64,000 bases of DNA from a virus (taxonomy: Duplodnaviria; Caudoviricetes). The position numbers were made by a program, and so were the translations under genes. The stretch covers positions 29,193 through 93,192 of IMG/VR virus record IMGVR_UViG_3300001487_000106, one strand, 5' to 3'. Under the pieces are notes generated by a model that was not told where the DNA came from, ran no database searches, and saw only the letters and a list, made by a program, of their open reading frames with translations. The first letter of the stretch is position 1. The number at the start of each line of letters is the position of its first letter. Shown here in pieces: positions 1-8,513 of this stretch.

Positions 1-2
1 CT

Positions 3-3000
3 CCATATCTTAATTATTTAGGCTCCCATAGGATAAGTGTACAAACTGCAAGAAAAGCAAAAAATTTTTCTATATTATATCTTGATAAGAATATAGTTAG
101 ATCAAATGTGTATGATACATTTATTAATGTATATGAGCAATGTAGAGATTATATCATGACTGTAGTTTATCAGTATGAGTTTAAATCTTTTATGGCATAT
201 TATGATAATTTTATGGCTATGTGTATAATGCTTATGGCAGAGTTACAACTGATAACTAAACAGATACCGTTTGAAGTTAAAAGAAATTTCTTCGATACTT
301 ATGCGGTAAGAATGTTGTATGAAGCATACAATATGCCATATGACATCTATGCTGATATAGATACACAAAATCTGATAGCACAGAATTTAAACATGATTAT
401 TATTAATAAGGCCACAAATAAAGTTATATATAATATAGCTAATTTACTTGGCTTTAATAATATGACTGCGTATAAATATTATCTTGCAAAAAAACACAAA
501 ACTGATCAATATGGTTGTCCCATATTTAAAACGATTGAGAAATTTAATACTGATACGGGATATAAAGAAACCGTACCAGATTATCCTGCGATGTATGATA
601 TTTATTTCCAAAAAGAAGAACTTATGGAGAATGATTTCATACGTTCTTTTAATTCTCAAGTAAATAGAGTAGAATATAATAATATAACACTTGATGATGC
701 ATTTTGGTATGAAGATCAAAATCTTATAGACCGTAAGTATCAGACCGAATATAATTTTGTTGAAACAAAATATTTGAGTTTAGGTCTTGAATATAATATG
801 ACGGAAGTTTTATTTGAGAATATATTACTTCTTAAATCTATATTCCATTATAAGGAAGTTATTGATGGTGTTAGTGTTTCTATACCTAAAATTATCAATG
901 GTGCTACAGTATCTTTATTTGATACTGTTATACTTTTAATCTGTCTTGTATTACGGAAACATAATTTGAGTGGAGATATAATTTCTCTTCCCACATCCAT
1001 CATATCAGTATTAGATTATCTTAATTCTAGAAACCAATCAGAACTTGGTCTGGTTGATACATTTTCTTTTGATTTTGATTATCTTATGTCTGAAGATGGT
1101 ATACGAGATATTGAAAATGTTAAAAAATCTCTTGGTAAGATAGTTCAAGGTTTAATTGATGAAGATGGAAATTATTATGTTTTTGATAATTCTCCGTTTT
1201 ATACCTATTATTCTGGTAGTAAAACAGTAGATGATAAACCTGTTGTACTTGAAAAAAATGTAAATCATTATACCGTAGAAAATCTTATAAAAGAGGGAAA
1301 AGTTGTTGAAGGATCTATTGATATTCATGGAGATGATGTTGATAGATTTGAAAATTATATCAAAAATGTTTTAGCTCTTGAAGGTGGACAAAAATCGAGA
1401 GCTGAAAAACTTGAAGCATTAAATCTTGTATATAAAAATATAAAAGGATTATATAGATTCATAAATGAAAAACTTCTTGATGAAGATGATAAATATAGAT
1501 ATAATTCTCTCAGAACTTTTTATCAAGCGGCTTTTTATGCTAAGGAAATACAAGATATATTTACTATTTCTTATACAGATATAGATGGTTCTACTCAAAA
1601 AAGGATTGCTAAATCATTTTTTGAGTATTTATATTATATAAATCCGATGCTGTATAGGTCAATTTTTCATTTTGATATAGATGAAGAATATGATACATTT
1701 AAGAGAACTCGTAACTTTCCTACATTCATATATAGCACAGTTGATGACCCCGATTCTCTTTTAGTTGTAGATGATAGCGACCCTCTCGGAGAAAATCAGA
1801 TACATTACAGCGATGTAGCTTCACATATTAGTAATGTAAAAGTTGGAGATCGAGTAAAAATATTTAGTAATCCTGAGGATTATAATGGATTTAAGCAGGC
1901 AGTTAATGCTGGTTTAATTGATGTTAAATATGATAATATAAGCGGTATAACTGAGGGTGAAGCTAATAATGCAAGTTTCATCAGTTCAAAGATATATTAC
2001 TTTATAAACCATATCATATCAAGATTAAAGACATTGATTGATGATATTAATTTTTCTCATATGTTAAATGGCGTATCATCATTACTTGAAGAATTATTAA
2101 TGAAAATGATTAAATTTATAAAATCATTCACTGTTGATTTCATAGGTTTAGATATCATTTTTATATGTGATTTTAAAGAAGAAAATTTATTACGATTAAT
2201 TGATAAAGTGCATTATATTGATAAAACAATAGTCCCTAAAGAAACACTTAACTTTAGTTTCTGGGATAGTATTTCTTCATATGTAAATTACAATCTTAAT
2301 GATAACTGTAAATTTACTGATATAATCCCAAAACCATGGTTTACGGATCCTGATAATACTGGAAAAATGCCGTCAAAGCGTGGTATATTTGCATGGTATG
2401 ATTCTACATCAACTATAACAGCAGCAGCAACTTCTGTATTATTATCAAATTTAATGAGCGGAAGTAGCGGTAGTGAAGGAGAAATAGACACACCTATATC
2501 AATGCTCATATCATCACCTGCTGTTGAATTAATTGATGATTATTTTAATCTGATTTATGATGAGAGATATACAAATGATCCATTAAGTTATAATGGCGGT
2601 TTCTTTAATATTAGTCCCAATTATATTATACCAGATAGATATAAATATACCGCATATATAATCTGTAAATCAGAAGATATTGGTGATTTTACAGGTTTTC
2701 CTGATGCTGGTAAAGGTCCCAGTGTTAGATTTATAAGTACACCAATTGTTGATATACATTCTGGATTAGGAACCACGAATATAAATATACGAGAATATAT
2801 TCCAAAAACAAGTTCAATAGAACTCAAAAATGATTTTGTTGAAATAATCACAAATAAAGATGTTAGGGATTGGCATGTAATAGGTATATCTCAATCAAAT
2901 AATACAATTAAAATTTATATTGATGGTGAACGTTGTCTTGATCATACATTTTCAAATCTTGGAGATTTTGATGATGGCGATACAGCAGATTTCAATGTGA

Positions 3001-3179
3001 AAGTAATGCCAAATAATAATATTGGTAAAGGATTTAAAGATGTTCATAACGGATATTCACATTATATGTGTGGTATTCAAATGAAAGCATATCTGGTTGC
3101 TAATATTAATCACAATAGTTCAGAGTTACAAGAAAATACAAAATGGCTCTATAATAAATATATTGGTTCGCTTGATTAA
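3..3179 (+). CDS. Large virion structural protein (baseplate/tail-associated), 5'-truncated by the window; possible C-terminal LamG/ConA-like domain
   Basis: The frame is open from position 3 (PYLNYLGSHR...), so the listed start at 108 is not the true start. C-terminal WHVIGISQSNNTIKIYIDG resembles LamG-type lectin folds. Confidence 0.55.
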   Translation, partial: PYLNYLGSHRISVQTARKAKNFSILYLDKNIVRSNVYDTFINVYEQCRDYIMTVVYQYEFKSFMAYYDNFMAMCIMLMAELQLITKQIPFEVKRNFFDTYAVRMLYEAYNMPYDIYADIDTQNLIAQNLNMIIINKATNKVIYNIANLLGFNNMTAYKYYLAKKHKTDQYGCPIFKTIEKFNTDTGYKETVPDYPAMYDIYFQKEELMENDFIRSFNSQVNRVEYNNITLDDAFWYEDQNLIDRKYQTEYNFVETKYLSLGLEYNMTEVLFENILLLKSIFHYKEVIDGVSVSIPKIINGATVSLFDTVILLICLVLRKHNLSGDIISLPTSIISVLDYLNSRNQSELGLVDTFSFDFDYLMSEDGIRDIENVKKSLGKIVQGLIDEDGNYYVFDNSPFYTYYSGSKTVDDKPVVLEKNVNHYTVENLIKEGKVVEGSIDIHGDDVDRFENYIKNVLALEGGQKSRAEKLEALNLVYKNIKGLYRFINEKLLDEDDKYRYNSLRTFYQAAFYAKEIQDIFTISYTDIDGSTQKRIAKSFFEYLYYINPMLYRSIFHFDIDEEYDTFKRTRNFPTFIYSTVDDPDSLLVVDDSDPLGENQIHYSDVASHISNVKVGDRVKIFSNPEDYNGFKQAVNAGLIDVKYDNISGITEGEANNASFISSKIYYFINHIISRLKTLIDDINFSHMLNGVSSLLEELLMKMIKFIKSFTVDFIGLDIIFICDFKEENLLRLIDKVHYIDKTIVPKETLNFSFWDSISSYVNYNLNDNCKFTDIIPKPWFTDPDNTGKMPSKRGIFAWYDSTSTITAAATSVLLSNLMSGSSGSEGEIDTPISMLISSPAVELIDDYFNLIYDERYTNDPLSYNGGFFNISPNYIIPDRYKYTAYIICKSEDIGDFTGFPDAGKGPSVRFISTPIVDIHSGLGTTNINIREYIPKTSSIELKNDFVEIITNKDVRDWHVIGISQSNNTIKIYIDGERCLDHTFSNLGDFDDGDTADFNVKVMPNNNIGKGFKDVHNGYSHYMCGIQMKAYLVANINHNSSELQENTKWLYNKYIGSLD

Positions 3180-3192
3180 AATATCAACCGAA

Positions 3193-3205
3193 AACATCAT
3201 AATAA
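3193..3205 (+). promoter_or_regulatory. Late promoter AACA-N6-TAA
   Basis: aaca tcataa taa upstream of the RBS of 3239. Confidence 0.7.
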
Positions 3206-3238
3206 CATAAAAATATTCAAGAAAGGAATGATTTATAA

Positions 3239-4276
3239 ATGCCTATAATTGCATCAGATAAATTATCTATTCAGGATCAGCGTCATGTTGCTATACCTGA
3301 TTTCCCTGAAATATTGAAGAAGTCCCCTACATTATGGAGAAAGACAGAAATTCTCTGTAGTAATGGAGAAATAGTCAATAATCCAAATGGTAAGTCATCT
3401 TTTGCACCAGGTTCACCATTTTCAATATCATCCAATATGGTTCCTCTTGGAGGAGTTCAATATGTCATGGAACAACTTTTTGGTGTTAAAGGAGAAATCG
3501 AGATTCCTACCCTTTACGACATAACTAATACAAATGATAGCAGCCTTGCTCATTTTGCTAGTTATGAGCATCCAGTAGGACCCCCTAATTCAGTTCCTCC
3601 CGATGAAACATATACAACACCTGATGGTGAAAAAACTATTATTTATAGACATGGACATTTAGTACAGCTTTTTGGTATTGGTATCACTGGTACTGCTGAA
3701 AATGATATAACTAAATTTCCTGTGAACTACAGAGAAAATTCACTGGATATAAGTATTGCATCTGAAGATGGACAGACTATTCAGGGTGCAATGGTACCTT
3801 TCAGGTACACCAATGCACAGCTTCAAGCTGAAAGTGAACGTAAAAAGTATTTTGGTAAAGTTAAAAATGATGAAGGTATTATATCATACTATCTTAAACG
3901 ATTTGAAGCCGAACCCACTATCAAACACGTGTGGAAAATTGGTGAAGATGAGGAAATAGATGATGCAGAAAATGTAGTATCTGAAGAAGATGTACGTAAA
4001 AATACCAATTCATTAAATGATGTTGAATCATTTACCGAAATTTTCTTAAAGATTTCTAAAAAGGATGTAAAAGAGTGGTTTGCTGCTCTTGGTCAAGAAG
4101 ATAGGGCACGTGTTAATACGATTGCTTTATTTAGTGGAAGATTTATTACCGAAGGAACCCTCGATACTGATGGAGATTATCAGGATGTAAGACTATTTTC
4201 TAAACTTACAATTCCTACAGAGTATCTTACATTATCTAGAGACCTTAATATCATTTACAGAGTATATGGTGCTTAA
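3239..4276 (+). CDS. Putative virion structural protein
   Basis: 345 aa ORF, RBS gaaaggaa, late promoter, structural-gene context. Confidence 0.5.
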   Translation: MPIIASDKLSIQDQRHVAIPDFPEILKKSPTLWRKTEILCSNGEIVNNPNGKSSFAPGSPFSISSNMVPLGGVQYVMEQLFGVKGEIEIPTLYDITNTNDSSLAHFASYEHPVGPPNSVPPDETYTTPDGEKTIIYRHGHLVQLFGIGITGTAENDITKFPVNYRENSLDISIASEDGQTIQGAMVPFRYTNAQLQAESERKKYFGKVKNDEGIISYYLKRFEAEPTIKHVWKIGEDEEIDDAENVVSEEDVRKNTNSLNDVESFTEIFLKISKKDVKEWFAALGQEDRARVNTIALFSGRFITEGTLDTDGDYQDVRLFSKLTIPTEYLTLSRDLNIIYRVYGA

Positions 4277-4341
4277 TAATACATTTTATTTAGTACAATA
4301 TTTTATTGAAGTAATTCATTAAAATATTTAGTAAAGGAGCG

Positions 4342-5502
4342 ATGAATACTATGCTAAAAGTAGGTATAGTAGGAATAGGAAATACAGGAAATCAGGTTGC
4401 TGCTTTAGCTCAGGATAAACTAAAGATACCGGTGCTTGCTATAAATAGTAGTGAAAAAGACCTTGAAACAGTTCCTGCATCTATTCCTAGAAAATTAATA
4501 TCTAGTGCAGATGGTTTATCACAAGGTGCTGGTAAAAATCGTGCACTTGCAAAGAGTTATTTAAAAGATAGTATTATGGCATTTTTATCAGCCAATGATG
4601 TACAATCTTTTATAGACGAACTCGATGTGCTATTTATTGTTAGTTCTACTGGTGGTGGAACTGGTAGTGGAACAGCACCTCTTATGGCTAACATCATTCA
4701 GGCTACATATGTAGATCTTAAGGTCATACTCATAGGTGTATTACCAGTTAATAATGAAGCTCTGAGTGCTCATGTTAATACGCTTGAATATCTCAATGAG
4801 CTTTATACACAATTATCAAATCAGACATATATGCTGTATGATAATGACAAGCTTGCTTCATTACCATCATATCAGATGATGGAAAAAGTTAATGAAGAAA
4901 TAGTAAACGACATTGATGTACTTAGATGTACATATAATATGACTACCAGATTTGATTCTATAGACGAACAGGATATGATGAGACTTATTTCATTCCCTGG
5001 ACGTATTGTAGTAGCAAGACTTCAAAAGATTGCTGAGAAAGATCTGGATAATAAGAGTATTGAAGATATGCTGATAGATGTGATTAAGAAAAATTGTCAT
5101 GTTGAAGCACAGCGTGATAAGAAGATAACTGCATCTGGCATTATTACAAATTTATCAACTACAATATCGGAAACATTTGATAATCATGTGCCTAAGGTAC
5201 GTGATTTTATTGGAGACCCGATTCATGATTTTAACCATATCTATATTAATGAGGAACGTAAACTTCCTAATAATGTATTTCTTATTCTGTCAGGTCTCAC
5301 ACCTGTAAATGATAAGATACATAAGATATCAGATAGAGTTGATGAAATAAAAGAGAAACAAAGAGCTCTTGAAGAAGATAATGCTTTAAATGAAATAGAA
5401 CTTTCTAAGCTTAGTGGCGAAGTTGCATCAAAAGACTCCAAATCATCTAGCAATGTAAAGGAAGTTGATTTAAAGGATATCTTTGATAAATTCATGATTT
5501 AA
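4342..5502 (+). CDS. phuZ: Tubulin/FtsZ-family GTPase (PhuZ/TubZ-like)
   Basis: N-terminal GIGNTGNQ, GAGKN, tubulin signature GGGTGSG, and a C-terminal coiled/acidic tail. Confidence 0.88.
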   Translation: MNTMLKVGIVGIGNTGNQVAALAQDKLKIPVLAINSSEKDLETVPASIPRKLISSADGLSQGAGKNRALAKSYLKDSIMAFLSANDVQSFIDELDVLFIVSSTGGGTGSGTAPLMANIIQATYVDLKVILIGVLPVNNEALSAHVNTLEYLNELYTQLSNQTYMLYDNDKLASLPSYQMMEKVNEEIVNDIDVLRCTYNMTTRFDSIDEQDMMRLISFPGRIVVARLQKIAEKDLDNKSIEDMLIDVIKKNCHVEAQRDKKITASGIITNLSTTISETFDNHVPKVRDFIGDPIHDFNHIYINEERKLPNNVFLILSGLTPVNDKIHKISDRVDEIKEKQRALEEDNALNEIELSKLSGEVASKDSKSSSNVKEVDLKDIFDKFMI

Positions 5503-5512
5503 GTTGAAATCA

Positions 5513-5520
5513 TATATTAT
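5513..5520 (+). promoter_or_regulatory. Early-type promoter core TATATTAT
   Basis: The same octamer recurs upstream of non-structural genes (7774, 51153, 53249). It is followed by a long leader hairpin at 5532-5576. Confidence 0.55.
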
Positions 5521-5630
5521 ATATACGATATATTGTGAGTAATGTGATAATAATATTTTATCACTTTACTCACAATTATCTAACCACAAACCGGTTTAAA
5601 AAATTTATATTTTGAAAGGAGTTTTCCGAC

Positions 5631-6578
5631 ATGTCTGAAAACAAAAACAAGTTTAAAGTACCTAGTGAGGTAAAAGAATTTGCCAAAGCTTCTTATAAGA
5701 AGTATAAGAAGCATAATGACTTCGATAGTAAAAAAGAGGCTATGAAGTCATTTAACCTCTACCTTATGGATATGCTTCCTGAGGTAATAGAACCGATGGT
5801 AAAATACGGTTACCTTATTAAGCGTGAGGAGCCTGAAATTTACAATGCTGTTCTTAATAAGTTCTGTAATGAAGACTTCATAAAGTCTGTGAAGAAAGAA
5901 CTTAAGCGAGGTAATAAGATAAAAAATATCAAGTTGTTCCCGATTATAATTGGCGAGATGATCGAGACAATCAACTCTCAGAATGCACAGATTCTTGCCG
6001 AGAATCCAAACGCTACAGTATACACTGGTAGTGACTTAATCGAACTTGGTCAGATGATTCTGAGCAAGAAAATTAAGAAGTTCACAAAAGCTGGAATTGA
6101 TGAAAATATCGCTTTTGATATTCTGTCGATAATACCGACAGACAGCTGTCTCGAAAAGTCTTACAACTTCAGGATAGCAAGCTTTGAGAAGGTTCTGTAC
6201 GAACATTCGAAGGCAAAGGCTATACCTTTTGCTGAAATCATGAGCCTTCTGGTTGACAAGGAGTGGTATGCTCCATTTATAAAATTCTTCCTTTGTGAGA
6301 GAAAGGAAGTATTTGGTCATCTGACTGATAATCAGAAGGCATTTTATCTCAGTGTATCAAATTGGTGTTTCGATACATTAGAGTCTCTCGATAGAGATTC
6401 TATTGAGAGAGTTCTGGATACTATTATTCAGGCTCGAAAGATAGATGAGTCTAAGGGTAAAGACTCGCCCAGAAGATATTCTCTGACAAGTCTGTCTGAA
6501 ACAGATTACCCGAGGATCTTCAAAATGGTTCAGAAAAAGGTATCTGAATCAGAGGTAAATAAAAAGTACCTCAGTTAA
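5631..6578 (+). CDS. Hypothetical helical protein
   Basis: 315 aa ORF with strong RBS gaaaggag; no recognisable motif. Confidence 0.8.
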   Translation: MSENKNKFKVPSEVKEFAKASYKKYKKHNDFDSKKEAMKSFNLYLMDMLPEVIEPMVKYGYLIKREEPEIYNAVLNKFCNEDFIKSVKKELKRGNKIKNIKLFPIIIGEMIETINSQNAQILAENPNATVYTGSDLIELGQMILSKKIKKFTKAGIDENIAFDILSIIPTDSCLEKSYNFRIASFEKVLYEHSKAKAIPFAEIMSLLVDKEWYAPFIKFFLCERKEVFGHLTDNQKAFYLSVSNWCFDTLESLDRDSIERVLDTIIQARKIDESKGKDSPRRYSLTSLSETDYPRIFKMVQKKVSESEVNKKYLS

Positions 6579-6608
6579 AAAGCTATTTTAGTAGTAACTT
6601 TAAAATAA

Positions 6609-6649
6609 AAACTAGCCCCGGATTAAGTTTCGGGGTTAGTTTATTTTTT
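6609..6649 (+). terminator. Intrinsic terminator
   Basis: aaactagccccgga / ttcggggttagttt stem followed by a T run. Confidence 0.8.
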
Positions 6650-6675
6650 CAAAAAAATAAAGGAGAGAATTTACG

Positions 6676-7746
6676 ATGATTTACAAATTTACAATCGGAA
6701 CTACATCCGAAGATAGGAACCTTGATGTAACATATGATAAATATGGAAACAAATTTTTTGAGTTTCCTGATATAAGACAGAAGCTGCAGATAAAGAGTAA
6801 TGTAAACTCACTGCAAATGCTTAGAAAACCTGATATTAAGTCATTTATCAAGGATTTCGAAGTAAGCGAAAGGAATGATGTTTCTATTCCTTTTTCAGTT
6901 GAACAGTATAAACTTTATAAGAATGCTGACAAGGCATATAAGTTTGTAAATAACAGAAAAAATCTTAAGCCAATGCTGTTTACAAACTTTGTTCCCAAGG
7001 ATGCTGAAGCATCTGAGTATCACATTGTATATATTGCTGTAGAACAGCCCAGATATAAGATTCTTACTTATGCTACAGATTATCCGATACTTTCAAGTTT
7101 TGGTAAAACAGACAAGTATACTGGATGTGTTGCTGTAGTAGATAGTATGGCTCATATGTTTGCTGAAACCGATACAGTATTTAAGATTAGTTTCTTTGAT
7201 AATGAATCAAAGGTTTATAAAACTGCATCAATTATTATTGACGGAAATGGCAATCCTGATTTCAGAATTGATGACGCTGATAGTAATGCAGTTGCAAAAC
7301 TTAAGTCTCTTAATAACAAGTATAAGGGAAGTCTCAAGATAAGAATAAGACCCGATGAAAATTCAATGCTGACTCAAGTGTTTATCTGTAAGGCAGATGA
7401 AAATGGTATGGTAGAAGCAAAGGGTCATCAGATACCTGCAAATACAGTAACTATCGACCCCACTGATAATGATAGACCATCATCATATAATAGCGCGGTT
7501 GATGATTATCTCTTTGAAAGATTCAAGGATACAAAACTTAAATATGAGATTACTTCTCTTACTGGTGAAACTGATGAAGAAAATGAACGTATTCTTGATA
7601 GTTATCTTGCAAGTCTTGAAAAAGATCATATAACAGCAATAACAACTATCGACGTTGATATCCCTATTGAGCTTCTTAAGAAGTATTCTATAAGAAATGT
7701 TATAGCTCTTGATATTAGTACAGGTAAGAGCTATTCAAGAAGATAA
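6676..7746 (+). CDS. Hypothetical protein
   Basis: 356 aa ORF, RBS aaggag. Confidence 0.8.
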   Translation: MIYKFTIGTTSEDRNLDVTYDKYGNKFFEFPDIRQKLQIKSNVNSLQMLRKPDIKSFIKDFEVSERNDVSIPFSVEQYKLYKNADKAYKFVNNRKNLKPMLFTNFVPKDAEASEYHIVYIAVEQPRYKILTYATDYPILSSFGKTDKYTGCVAVVDSMAHMFAETDTVFKISFFDNESKVYKTASIIIDGNGNPDFRIDDADSNAVAKLKSLNNKYKGSLKIRIRPDENSMLTQVFICKADENGMVEAKGHQIPANTVTIDPTDNDRPSSYNSAVDDYLFERFKDTKLKYEITSLTGETDEENERILDSYLASLEKDHITAITTIDVDIPIELLKKYSIRNVIALDISTGKSYSRR

Positions 7747-7773
7747 TCAAAACTTAAATTAGTGATTTGATTA

Positions 7774-7781
7774 TATATTAT
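7774..7781 (+). promoter_or_regulatory. Early-type promoter core TATATTAT
   Basis: Recurrent motif upstream of 7848. Confidence 0.55.
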
Positions 7782-7847
7782 ATTTAAGTATAAGAAGTCA
7801 TAAATGACTTGAAAATACAATAAAAAAAATGAAAGGATGATTTAATC

Positions 7848-8324
7848 ATGGCAAAGAAAGAAAGCACTTTAAGGCTGATATCAGCCAATGTGACAAAAAA
7901 GGGCAAGATCAAGGGCAAGAACAAGAAGGAAACCAAAGAGTTGAAAGCGAAGTGCGAACACTGGCGCTTCAACAAAAAGGGTAAGAAGAAACCCACAATC
8001 TATAATGCTGGCGATGGAACTTGTACCTGCACAATGTGTGGTGCTAAGTTTAGCGCATCACCGTATAAAGACGATGAACTTACGAAAATATTTGATGATA
8101 TAAATAAGGTCATCAATCAAGCAAAGTTCATGTCGGTTGCAATCGGAGCTGATGATGCAGCAGAGCTGTTCTCTGGAACATCAGTTGCTTTAAAGAACAG
8201 CAAAAAAGCGTATAAGAAAGTACGTAATGTTGCCGTCAAGTCAAGCAAGCTTGGTGGTAAAAAGAAAAAGAACCATGAAAACGGCGGTGGTTCATCGCAG
8301 TTCGGTTCATGGGGAACTGTTTAA
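7848..8324 (+). CDS. Basic protein with probable zinc ribbon
   Basis: CEH...CTCTMC ligands, Lys-rich, RBS gaaagga. Confidence 0.65.
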   Translation: MAKKESTLRLISANVTKKGKIKGKNKKETKELKAKCEHWRFNKKGKKKPTIYNAGDGTCTCTMCGAKFSASPYKDDELTKIFDDINKVINQAKFMSVAIGADDAAELFSGTSVALKNSKKAYKKVRNVAVKSSKLGGKKKKNHENGGGSSQFGSWGTV

Positions 8325-8359
8325 TGCCCCTCTAAGAGGGAATCACTCTCTTTTGCATA

Positions 8360-8403
8360 AAGATGACGTTAGGAAGAAATTCCTAACGTCATCTTAATTT
8401 TTT
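8360..8403 (+). terminator. Intrinsic terminator
   Basis: Perfect stem aagatgacgttaggaa / ttcctaacgtcatctt plus T run. Confidence 0.85.
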
Positions 8404-8449
8404 GTTTATTATTCGTATACCTCTACGGATAAATTATAATTAAATAATA

Positions 8450-8462
8450 AACAAAAAATTAA
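8450..8462 (+). promoter_or_regulatory. Late-type promoter AACA-N6-TAA
   Basis: aaca aaaaat taa upstream of gyrB. Confidence 0.6.
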
Positions 8463-8513
8463 GTATCTAATGCCAATAAAAAGGATAGTTAAGATGAAAG
8501 GTTGTGAATAAAA

